Shown: positions 52,763-64,000 of the stretch, piece by piece | How positions within the stretch are numbered: the stretch's first letter is position 1 | Layout: every line of letters starts with the position of its first letter | Origin: Leucoraja erinacea | Taxonomy: Eukaryota | Length of the DNA: 64,000 nt | Assembly: GCF_028641065.1 (NCBI RefSeq) | Contig: NC_073403.1 | Span: 16,058,001-16,122,000, forward strand | Reading direction: 5' to 3' | The notes under the pieces: generated by a model | The model's database searches: none | What the model was told of the DNA's origin: nothing | The model's input: the letters and a program-made list of their open reading frames with translations, nothing else | Position numbers and translations under genes: made by a program

Positions 52763-55700
52763 GTCATCCCCCATGTTTCCATGACAATAAACTATGGAAA
52801 ACTCTATGGTGGGAGAAGATTAATAAGACAGTTTCAGAAGACGCATAAAGAAATTCACTTTGGTTTTAATCAGAAAGCAGAGCAGTGCACAGTGGCCGGC
52901 CCATTCTCAGCCATTAAGGAACTCAGCGGAGAGATTCATCCATTGCTCAGTTTAAACCCCGACCAAACCAATGTCGACCCCAGTGAAACTCAGCACCAAC
53001 AACACAAGAGCCAAGAAAGTCCGGCCATCGGTCGTTCAAACGGGAATGGGAAAGGTGCCCAGAAATCAAACGCAGGTTCTTACACCAAGGGGGACAATTT
53101 AGAATTGCAAACTAAGGCTGGAATGGAAAGTTCTGTTCATGCAACTGACAGGAAAGGCACTGATGTGCCACGGGACAAAGAGCAACATACAGGCACACTT
53201 CAGGATTACACTTTATTGATGGACTCTGATATTTTTCTGTATATTCTGAAATTTTGTAAAGACAGGTATGAAAGCATCCTGCTCAAATACATTGTGGAGG
53301 TGGTGGATGTCACTGAAGAAGGCATCACCATGGTCTATCTGCATGCAGCCCCTGGCTGTTTGGAGATCGCAACGTCACTGCAGCAGGCACATCAGGAGCT
53401 CTCTTATCTCTACCAAGAGTTTGAATCAATGCTTCGCAAAGAACAGATCGGGAAGGAGAGTCTAACTCATGACGCCAAACTGCTGCAGAACATCTACGTA
53501 AGCATCCAGGCACAATACCCCCAAATAAATTTCAACCAAGACGCAAATTATTTTTACTTAATAGGCACTTTGTATGATTGTTCCCTGGCCAAGAAGTATC
53601 TACAGGATTTGAAGGAGGATCTGGAAGCACGATCTCAGAAAGAAAAAGTTGTGGCATTAGGCAGTGGCCCTGTAAATGACCAGGCTAACACCAGCAATAC
53701 GTCTCACTCTCTGCAAGGATTTAAGGACGTCAGTCAAGTAGTATTTCCAAAGACAAGTGGCAGAAAGGAACACAAATTGGCTACAAACTTCAATGGTAGT
53801 GGTAACGTTGACAGTGCCTTTAAGGCAGGAAGCAGTGTGGCTAAGGACAATTTGGTTCCTAATCCTGACCAGACAGCTGAGCAACTGATGACAGGGTCTA
53901 CTAAGGTGAGAGGTCCACTGGTGCAAACCAGGAGTTGGGAAATGCAGCAAGTTCCACAGGACAGTGCATCCACCAAAGAGGCATTTACTAATGCTGACAA
54001 GGCATTAAGCATTGAAACAGGGCAGTTTGGTGGAAGCAACAAAGAGTCTCATACCAGGAGCAGCAAAGATTTTTCTATGTTGACGGATCAAACCGAGCTA
54101 CTGAGAAATCCTGACAAAACAGGCAGTGACATTTTATTCCAGGGAGGTGGAGATTCTTCCAATCTCTTTACAAATAAAGGACAACAGGACAAAAGTAGCA
54201 AAGGGCGTGGCCCTGTGAAGTCCCACCACTCAGAAACATCAGCAGGGACTCTCTTTCATCAGGGAGACCTGCTGGACACCGTTTCTCCAGCTAAAGGTTC
54301 AGAACGTCAATCCACCAAAACATCTTTGCGAAAAACCAACAGTTTCTCTGGATGCTCAAAATCAAAGCGGTCCGGAGAAGCTGTCCATAAATCCCAGGAA
54401 AAGCCCGCTGAAGTAGGTCAGACTGAAGCAGTGACTGTCACTGAAGAGCTTCTGATAGATTCTGATGTGTGGTCTTATCTGAAAGACATCCATGATGTCA
54501 CCATAAGAGAAATTACAACCAGAAATGTGGTTTTGGTAAATGAGCAACTGCTGGGAGAAACGACAGTGCTGATGTTAACAGCACTGAACAGGGACAATGT
54601 CACAGCTGCCAAGGAGGACATTCTGTCACTTTACACATTGGTCATGAAGCATTTGACCCAACATCGTCTTCCTTACAGAGATCTTGGTATTGAAGAGTGC
54701 ACAGAGAAAACTGTGGAAGAATGGAGGAGCACATTAACAAAAACATTCCCCAAGGTAAAATTCATTGCTTCGCAACGTGGCTTCCATGTTATTGGCACGT
54801 ATGAACATTGCTTGAAGGTGATGGAAGCTGTTAACCCCGAGTTAAGTTCGAGAGCTTTGGAAGACTTGTCCTGGATGGACATTGCGCCCACAAGTTCTAA
54901 TCAGCAAGCGTTACTTGACGATGTTAATGTTCAGGGCACAGAGAGAGAGAACTTCACCCGATCGGCTGATGGTTTCTCATCCTTGGGTCGAGCCAATAGA
55001 CCTGAGGGCATCAACACTCCAGACTTCCACAGGGATGGCCATGAATTGAATTCAAGGCAGGAATATGGCCCATTTATGGATCAGAAGAGATCACCAAAAA
55101 CTCTCGATGAGGGGAATGGTATTGAGTCATTTCTAGACCAGGCTGATTCTAAGGGTCAGAAGACAATCAAGCAGATGGGAGATGTAGAAGGAGTCAAGAC
55201 AAGGAAGACATTACCAGATAAATTCCATCTTACAACCAGTAGGCTAACGAAGGAAGGCCAGTGGTACAATAAGGAGACCAGTTTGCAACGCAATAAGGTG
55301 GATAGTGCAACGCAGTCATTGCCAACGCTTTCTTATGCCGATAGGTCAGCCTGGTCATTGCATCAAAGAAGCAATGGTCAATATATCGCCGATTCTGCTT
55401 TCGATTCCAAAGGCCAAATGCAAGCAAACTATGTGCAGCAACAAAGTGAGAGCAATGAGACAGTGCTGCAAGAAAGCAAGACCATGAGAAACCCTCAGCA
55501 AAGCCAATGCAGAAGTCCAGCTATAGGAATGGATGCACTGGAGCCGGGCGAATCAACATCAGCATGCTACAACTGCAAGAAAATGGGCAAGCCCTCAAAG
55601 CTGGGCTGTGGCCACTTATTGTGCAAGGAATGCCATACAGCCAATCAAAGTTGTCTGATCTGCATTCAAAATGCTGTTGCAAATAAAAATGAAATGCAAC

Positions 55701-55804
55701 GCCAACCTACTATGAAGCTTGCAGTGCTGAATATTCCATTAAGTGGATATAGCAGAGAAATGACCTTGCAAATAATCTACAACATCCCTGATGGTATCCA
55801 ACAG
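52763..55804 (+). CDS. RBM43/DTX3L-like protein, 3042-nt coding exon 3 (KH-like units, disordered linkers, C3HC4 RING, start of DTC)
   Basis: Uninterrupted 1014-codon frame; acceptor at 52761-52762, donor CAG|GTAAGA; RING CYNC..CGHLLCKEC..CLIC at 55565-55663; Deltex motif LSGY..TLQIIYNIPDGIQ. Confidence 0.93.
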
Positions 55805-56171
55805 GTAAGAACTTTATGTAGTTAAGAAGGAATGAGTGCTTGTAGAATCGTAGGTGAAGTATAGGCAATGTTTTATTTTTGTGGAGAAATAAAATGGCGG
55901 TAGGCATGTCAATTATAAATTAAGCTACATCTTTAAACAAATGTTTCCATTAGTATACACGCTATTTAAAAGTACAAAATCAACACTTGTTAAAAATCAA
56001 ATCTTTTATTGAAATAGTATATATAAAACAATTAAAAAAATGTGAAAATCTTGTTTTTACAAAAAAATTAAATCTAGACTAATGGGAGCAGCTACAGTGG
56101 GACATGCTGAATGTTTGAGGAGAGGCATGTGGCTGTGGTAGCAAGGATGGCTGAGACCTTGGTCAAAGCGT

Positions 56172-56320
56172 GGGGGGGGGGGGGGAGGGAGGAGAGGCAG
56201 GGAGAGGGAGGGGAGGGAGGGGGGGGGGGAGAGAGAGAGGGAGGGGGAGAGGGAAGGGAGGGGAAGAGAGTGGGAGGGAGAGGGGGAGGGGGAGAGGGAG
56301 GGGGAGGGGGGGGGGGGGGA
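56172..56320. repeat. G/A low-complexity tract (G-quadruplex/triplex-prone)
   Basis: About 150 nt of almost pure purines with long G runs. Confidence 0.85.
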
Positions 56321-56603
56321 GACTGACTGACTGACGGGCCTGTTTCCATGCTATATGACTCTATGAGACCAACATGCCCTGTACTGAGGCCCTAGTAGTG
56401 CGACAATGTGGAGCAGGATTGCCTTGGACATCCCCGCCATTGAACCAAGATCATGTGTAAGCTGCTATGGCCCGAACCACCTCACGTTCCTGAGCAGTCT
56501 CGTCATCCTCTATTCTCGGCCACAAGGAGGAGGCAAGGAATGGAGGAACAAATTTGCAGATCCTCACTCAGAGTTTTAACCTTTCATTTTTCTTTTTTAA
56601 AAG

Positions 56604-56815
56604 GGGGGTGATCCAAACCCAGGGGAGCCATTTAGAGGAGGGGAGTTTAAAGCCTATTTGCCTGACAATCTCGAAGGAAAGAAGATTTTGATGTTGCTAC
56701 AGAAAGCTTTCGAGACACGCCTGATCTTCAAAGTGGTGTCCGAGTCTAGAAGGCAAGCCTACGTGACATGGAATGACATTCCTCATAAAACAGCCATAAT
56801 GGGAGGTAAAGATAT
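56604..56815 (+). CDS. RBM43/DTX3L-like protein, coding exon 4 (Deltex C-terminal domain)
   Basis: GGDPNPGEPFRGGEFKAYLPDNLEGKKILMLLQKAFETRLIFKV..VTWNDIPHKT..GG, Deltex_C motifs; not in the ORF track; phase 0-2. Confidence 0.93.
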
Positions 56816-56954
56816 GTAAGTCAATTTTGTTTCTCTCAGTTTGATTATTCAAGTGTCAAGAGTGATTTATTGTCACGTGTCCCAGATAGAACAAATAAAT
56901 TCTTATTTGCCGCAGCACAACTGAATATGTAAAGATAGCACACTGTAAACAATA

Positions 56955-58350
56955 TAGAAACATGGAAAAATAGGTGCAGGAGTAGGCCATTAAGCCCTTC
57001 AAACCAGCACCACCATTCAATATGATAATGGATGATCATCTAAAATCAGTACCCCATTCCTGCTTTTCCCCCCCATATCCCTTGACTCCTTTAATCCTAG
57101 GAGCTAAATATAACTCTCTTGAAAAATCCAGTGAATTGGCCTCAACTGCCTTCTGGGTGAAAAGGTTTTTCCTCATCTCAGTCTTAAATGGTCTACCTCT
57201 TATTCTTAAACTGTGACCCCTGGTTCTGGACTCACCCAACATTGGGAACATTTTTCTTGCTTCTCGCCTGTCCAATCCTTTAAGAATTTTATATGTTTCT
57301 ATTCTATAAGAACCCCTCATCCTTCTAAATTTCAGTGAATATAAGCCCAGTCGACACATTCTTTCATCATATGTCAGTCCCGCCATCCCTGGAATTAACC
57401 TGGCGAACCTACGCTGCACTTTCTCAATAGCAATAATGTCCTTCTTCAAATTAGGAGACCAAAATTGCACACAATACTCCAGGTGCGGTTTCACCAGGTC
57501 CCTGTACAACTGCAGTGGGACCTCCTTGCTCCTAAATTCACATCCTCTTGCAATGAAGGCCAACATGCCATTAGTTTTCTTCACTGCCTGCTGTATCTGC
57601 AGGCTTACTGTCAGTGGCTGATGCACAAGCATACCCAGGTCTCGTTGTGCACTATCCCTTTTCCTAATCTGACACCATTCAGATAATAATCTGTCTTCCT
57701 GTTCTTGCCACCAAAGTGCCAACCAGTTCTTCCTGTTCTTGCAACCAAAGTGCCAACCAGTGCCCCCCCCCCAATACCACTTGCTCTAATTTTACACACT
57801 AATCTCTTGTGCGGGACCTTGTCAAAGGCTTTTTGAAAGTCCAGATACACCACATCCATTGGCTCTCCCTTGTTTTACTTGTTACATCCTCAAATAATTC
57901 CAGAAGATTAGCCGAGCATAATTTCCCCTTCAAAAATCCATGCTGAATTAAACCGATCCTGTCACTGGTTTCCAAATGCGCTGCTATATCATCTTTAACA
58001 ATCGACTCAGGCATCTTCCCCCACTACCGATGTAAGGCTAACTGGTCTATAATTCCCCGTTTTCTCTCTCCCTCCTTTCTTAAAAAGTGTGGTTACATTG
58101 GCTACCCTTTTGGAAAATGATCACCAATGCATCCACGATTTCTAGGGCCACCTCCTTGAGTGCTCTGGGATGCAGACCATCAGCACCTGGGGAGTTATCT
58201 GCCTTCAGTCGCAACAGTTTACCTAACACCATTTCCTGACTAATGTGGATTTCCTTCAGTTCCTCCCTCTCACTAGATCCTCGGTCCCTTAGTATCTGGG
58301 AGATTGTTTGTGTCTTCCTTCATGAAGACAGAACCAAAGTACTTGTTTAA
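56955..58350 (-). mobile_element. CR1 LINE, 3' ~1.4 kb, frameshifted
   Basis: QHGFLKGKLC, DVVYLDFQKAFDKVPHKRL (RT), LVKPHLEYCVQFWSP. Confidence 0.9.
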
Positions 58351-60277
58351 TATAATAAACCAGAACAAATCCAATGTATATATAGACACACAAACATAGT
58401 CACACATAAACACACACACACACACACACTGTATATATATGTACACATACTTATGTACACATAAAAAACGAACAACAATAGTGCAATAATAACAATAATA
58501 TTCAATTATTACACCTGTCGGGGCTATAGGAGAAGCCATGATCGGGCTTAGCTTTCTCCATGTTACACTCAAGTCTCACAACCAGACCTTGGTTGGAGAG
58601 CTCTATCTTGCACTAAATGTTATTCCCTTTGTCCTGAATCAGTACACTGGACGGCTTGATTGTAATCATGTATAGTCTGTCCCCAGACTAGATGGCATAA
58701 CAAAAAAACGTTACACTGTATCTTGGTACGTGTGACAATAAACTAAACTAAACTGGAGAGAGAAAGAGTAGATCAATGCTGACAACGACTACATTCCTGC
58801 CAAGTACAGCTACTTGCTACGAACAGAACAATTGAATTTATTTTTAAACCTTTTAATAATTTAAAACAAAAACAAACTAAATGGTTTATGTTCCATTAGT
58901 ACGTGCATTGAAACCGTATCTTGATTTCAAAGTCACATTTTATTTTATCATTGAAAAGACATTTGGCCAGATGTATGGACTGAATGGGTTAGACTGCTAT
59001 GGGGCCAAATACAGTAAAGGGACTAGCCCAATATGTCACCTTAGACACAGTGGGCCAAAGGGCCTGTATCTGTCCCATATAGCTCTCTGTCCCCCATATC
59101 TAAATTGGTACATGAACTCATGTGATGATGTAGGTTTAGAGGACACACAAATATATAAACCAATGTTAATCAAATCCTGATCTCAAAACTTTGGATATAA
59201 CTATTTTTGAACAAATGTATTTTTGTACTGTTCAAGGAGGGATACCATGTATGTGTGGAGAATGCCATTAATTTAGTTTAGTTTAGAGATACAGCCTGAA
59301 ACAGGCCCTTCAGCCCACCGAGTGCACGCTGACCACCGATCCCTCGTTTTCATCAGCTCTATGTTATTCCACTTCTGCATCCACTTCCTACACGCTAGAG
59401 GAAATCCACCGAGACCAATCAACCTACAACTGTGGGTGGGAGGAAACCAGAGCACCTTGAGAAAACCCATGCGATCACAGGGAGAACGCGCAAACTCCAC
59501 ACAGATAGTACCCGAGATCAGGACCAAGCTTGTGTCTCTGGTGCTGTGAAACAGCAGCTGTGCTGCCCCCAAAAGGGTTATGGGTCTTACCTTTTGGCCT
59601 AGAACTTACTCCAGGGTTTGAGGCTGAAGGGATGTAACAGCAGTAAACCACCAGCTGCAGATTTGGACTGGGTTACACTGAACCAGGATCCCTGGCGCTG
59701 TTCCCAATCGTGGTGGGCACCCACACTAGTCTTCTCTGGAGGTCTAAGCAAGATGATCTACAGCACATGTGGGATCTTGGCCCCTGAAAGCTCACAGAAT
59801 GTGGAAATATCTGCTGTTGTCAAGCCTGCTGTTGTTTTATCCACAACACAGTGGTTGTTACAGGCTGTGAAGTGCACTGCAACATCCGGGGCCAAAACCT
59901 ATTCCCAAATCGGCTATGAATCAAAAAAAAATACTGGAACTCGACAACAGGTCAGGTTGCATCTGTGGACAGTGAGAGACGGGTAACAATTTAGGTGGAT
60001 GACCTTTGGAAGCTGGAGTAGATCTGATGTAGAACTGATTGAAGTGTAAAATATGGCTGTGAAAACGAAAGGTTAGCAATTGGTTTAAGGTCAGAGTGAT
60101 TTGAGAACAACAGGAAAGTGGGTGTGAAGTCAACGGGAGCAGGAAATGGATTAATACCATTATTTGAAGGTGTTTGAAATCTTAAATTGTTGGGAGTTGT
60201 GTAGCTCAGTCGAGAACGTTGTAATGTGGGCCAGTAAAAGAGTGGCGTTTAATTTATTTTCACATGTACAGAGTTAC

Positions 60278-60948
60278 ATAGAAACACAGAAAATATTTGC
60301 AGGAGTAGGCCATTCAGCCCTTCGAGCCAGCACCGCCATTCAATATGATCATGGCTGATCATCCAACATCAGTACCCCGTTCTTGCTTTATCCCTCGATT
60401 TTGTAAGCCCCAAGAGCCAAATCTAACCCTCTTGAAAACATCCAGTGAATTAGCCTCCACTGCCTTCTGTGGCAGAGAATTCCCCAGATTCACAACTCTC
60501 TGGGTGAAAAAGTTTTTCCTCATCTCAGTCTGAAATGGCCTACCACTTATTCTTAAACTGTGAGCCCTGGTTCTGGACTCCCCCAACGTTGGGGAACATT
60601 TTCATGCATCTAGCCTGTCCAATCACTTAAGAATTTTATATGTTTTTATAAGATCCCCTCCTATTCGTCTAAATTCCAGTGAATACAAGCCCAGTTGACT
60701 CATTCTTTCATCATATCTCAGTCCCGCCATCCCGGGAATTAACCTGGTGAATTTACACTGCACCTCCTCAAAAGCAAGAATGTCCTTCCTCAAATTAGGA
60801 GTCCAAAACTGCACACAATATTCCAGGTGCAGTTTCACCAGGGCCCTGTACAACTGCAGTTGGACCTCCTTGCTCCTACACTCAAATCCTCTCACAATGC
60901 CATTAGCTTTCTTCATTGCCTGCTGTACATGCGTGCTTACTTTCAGTG
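60278..60948 (-). mobile_element. CR1 LINE 3' fragment
   Basis: LYRALVKLHLEYCVQFWTP and FFTQRVVNLGNSLPQ frames. Confidence 0.85.
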
Positions 60949-61656
60949 TTTCTGGAGCCCCTGGTTAGTGTAAAGCTGTGTTGTATCCTTAATCAAAACT
61001 GTAAATCTCATCAGCTTGATTTCCAGTTATTACCCCTCATCTCCTGATATCATGCATATTACTGCCCCTGAATATTATTGGTAACGTATATGGTGACCAA
61101 AATAAGGGGAAGCAAAGACAGCAAGTGGTTGATAATTAGACCTGGCACCGAGGCTTGGTGTAGACAAGATCAGCTCATTTTCTGCTTGAGTAGCTTACAA
61201 TCCAACGGTATGAACATTGAATTCTCCAACCTTAGTAATACTCCGTCATTCCCATTTGTCCCCCAGCTTCCATCCCACCTGCTGTGCACCCATCTCTCCC
61301 ACCACCCCAGTCACCCCACTCCTTTTCTTTCCATCGCTCCCTGTTCTCACTCTCCCATCCCTGAGACTCATAGTTCTTCTTATCCACATTCCACTTATTT
61401 CCCCACCCCCTCTGGCTTTATATTTCACTGGCTTTATATCTGACACTTTTTGCCCGCTAGCCTTTGATGCTTACTCCATCCATTTGCCAATCAAGCCACC
61501 CATCACTTGCCAGGCTTTCTAACCCCCCTCCCCCCCTCCGTTTCTCCCTCCACAAATGGAGCCTGACATTTCCAGCATCTGTAGTATTTATTTTTCTGCT
61601 TCAATTCTAAGTGTTATCACTTCTAAATAATAATCAGGGACTCTGTTTCTTCACAG

Positions 61657-61726
61657 GAATGGTTATCCCGACACACTCTACTTGAGGAAGGTTTTGTTAG
61701 CTCTGAAGAGCTACGGGCTTCAGTGA
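61657..61726 (+). CDS. RBM43/DTX3L-like protein, last coding exon
   Basis: (M)NGYPDTLYLRKVLLALKSYGLQ*, matching the Deltex terminal GYPDxxYL helix; phase 2 fits; total CDS 3603 nt (1200 aa); AATAAA at 61831 and 62014. Confidence 0.9.
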
Positions 61727-62013
61727 AGTCAGAGCTACACCACCCATCAAGGATGTTTTTGTATTGTACATATTTTACTGCAGTTTTATTTCATCATGTA
61801 TTTGCCCTTCCTACATTCTGCACATTCAGGAATAAACAAGATACTGAACGAGTCAAAGTCAGGTATTTTAAGGTTGTTCCTCAGAAGGGCGAATGGCTTT
61901 GAGTGCTTCTAACTGATCACCTTGGGGAAATCAAATTTTAATAAGTCACGTGTATTTTCCAGATGCTCAACACATTCCACTGACATTTTACAGCAAATTT
62001 GTATTTAGTTTAA

Positions 62014-62060
62014 AATAAAAAATCTCAATGGTAACACAAAACCAGACAGCAATGTTTATT
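62014..62060. terminator. Opposed polyadenylation signals (+ AATAAA 62014-62019; - strand AATAAA 62055-62060)
   Basis: Hexamers seen directly. A convergent - strand gene (VAT1 in the human gene order) is inferred only. Confidence 0.4.
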
Positions 62061-64000
62061 TAATCCATGTACAAAGTTTAAAAATGGGTGCAAATGTTTA
62101 AATCCCACTTCACATGGTTAGTGTACGAGAGATTGCAACAAAATATAACCTAACAACTTAAGATGGGAAGGGCCGAATGGCCTACTCCTGCACCTATTTT
62201 CTATGTTTCTATGTTTCACCTGGCTGGTTTTCATTGATGAGGCGGTGTCATTCTATAGATATTGAATCGAATCTTCTCACACTTGTTGACTCCAACAGAC
62301 AAAGATGACGTGCCTGCACATTAACCCATCAAATATGGGCAAACTTGCTCGTTTTAGGTGCTTTGAATATGTGGCTTTCAGTAGGGAATGCAAAGATTGA
62401 GGAGATGTTTTTAAATGTTAGATGCCTAGCAGCAAGTTTAAGATTTGCAGATTCTGGCAGACAACTCAATGCAGTGTATGTCTGCACCTGCAATTCAACA
62501 TCTGTAGTTCAATGCATGTAGGGAGGAACTGCAGATGCTGGTTTTAAACCGAAGACAGGCACAAAAAGCTGGAGTAACTCAGCGGATCAGACAGCATCTG
62601 TGGAGAAAAGGAATAGGTGACGTTTCAGGTCGATGCCCTTCTTCAGTCTGAAGAAGCTCGACCCAAAACGTCACCTATTCATTTTCTCCAGAAATGCTGC
62701 TTGACCTGCTGAGTTACTCCAGTTTTTCGGATCTGTCATCTGTAGTTCAATGGTATGCAATTACATGCCGGCAGTCAAAAATCACAAGAGACCAACACTC
62801 ACACATACAAAAACTAGAGCAAGCTGGAGTCATCAGTATGCATTTTATTAAACATTTAAGGCATATGGTAATACCTGGCATAAACAGCATTACATTTCAT
62901 TGTAGAATCCATCTAAATAGCAACTGCTTCACATTTACAAAAGCAGCTTTTGATGGGATTAAAACACCAAATAAACCAAGCACAGATAATAATTGACCTG
63001 TTCCTCTCCCTCCCCAACCCCCCACCCCACTGTCCATTATTATAAAAGGGACAGTTCTTGCCTTCAATGGATTTACAGTTGCAAGATCCTTGTGGCAATT
63101 CTGGATGATGTCTTAATATACAAGCAGCAGCAGACAGAGATTCCCAGCAGCACTTGACATGTTGCATTGAACAAATTTACCATTTCACACATGGAAAATA
63201 ACGTTAGATTTTATTATCCAATTTAATTAAAAAATATCAAAGTTTATCTGTTGAATTGTAGGTTTGATGCCAGCATATGATATTAGGTAAAAGTATTTTA
63301 AATCTAGATTCAGCATTAGCTCTTGAATCCGTTGTACGTTCTCTGGGGAATGTAAATGCTATCAATTCAACCGAGAGGATGATTTTATGTATTGAGTTAC
63401 TACTGTTGCTCCTGACAGTTTCTAAAAGGAAACAAAATGGTTTCTTAAAAGGACAGCGCTGGAGTAAGTCAGTGGGCCAGGCAGCATCTCTGGAGAACAG
63501 GGATTGGTGATGTTTTGGGTCAGGACCCTTCTTCAGTTCTCCTTCATCTGAAGTGGTCCTGACCCAAATAGAACATCACCTATCCACGTTCTCCAGGGAT
63601 GCTACCTGGGCCCACCGACTTACTCCAGCACTTTGTCATTTTATTTTGTAAACAAGCATTTGGAGTTCCTTGTTTTTTTTTTACAAAATGCTCTGCAAGA
63701 TAGTGCCAAGTGGTCACTCAAGGAAGGGTGAATGGACTGCAACACAACTGTACCACAATTCACTAGTGAAATTTCCAATGCCACTGCCAATTAGGTGGTA
63801 CAGGTACTGTTAAACGGCTACCCTTTCAAGCTGGTTTAATCACAACACACTATCTCCACTTGATCTCCACTTCTCCAATTGTCAAGCATCAGGTTTGCAT
63901 GCAGCAGTAGCAGGGGGAAGGTGAGCTACCAAGGAATGCATCCTGGAACTGTCACACCTGACAGCAATCATCAAACAAGGGATACGTGTTATTTATTTTT

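Noticed and set aside
52781-55825. Stand-alone single-exon 1014-aa gene
   Set aside because: The frame is bounded by splice sites at 52763 and 55804, and the DTC continues in two downstream exons.
56092-56349. Pro-rich and Gly-rich ORFs
   Set aside because: Translation of a G/A low-complexity tract.
48780-61726. Naming the gene DTX3L, NMI or a second IFI35
   Set aside because: Much longer than DTX3L, no head-to-head PARP9, divergent DTC and only one NID-like unit; the symbol is left blank.

Overview
Vertebrate genomic DNA, most likely a cartilaginous fish (skate/ray), inferred from HE1/V-SINE-like, CR1 and Penelope repeats. Four + strand genes lie in the order RUNDC1 (last coding exon), RPL27 (complete, 136 aa), IFI35 (9 coding exons, ~381 aa) and an unnamed ~1200-aa gene (5 coding exons, 48780-61726), followed by the probable 3' end of a convergent gene (VAT1 expected from synteny; no coding evidence in the window). 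The unnamed gene is the main finding. Its N-terminal ~370 aa resemble RBM43 (RRM/NID-like plus KH-like units), followed by a second KH-like unit, a compact C3HC4 RING and a Deltex C-terminal (DTC) domain, i.e. a DTX3L-like architecture. The DTC residues used for ADP-ribose ubiquitylation appear substituted (H>P, Y/H>N, E>A). This gene and IFI35 both carry ISRE motifs at their putative promoters, suggesting an interferon-inducible gene pair that mirrors the NMI-RBM43 pair of the paralogous locus. Introns and intergenic DNA hold many transposable elements: Penelope elements with hammerhead-like motifs, a non-autonomous Helitron, Harbinger and other MITEs, and a Gypsy relic with a 48-nt tRNA-Leu copy. 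Exon boundaries were read by hand; reference protein comparisons are from memory and need confirmation.
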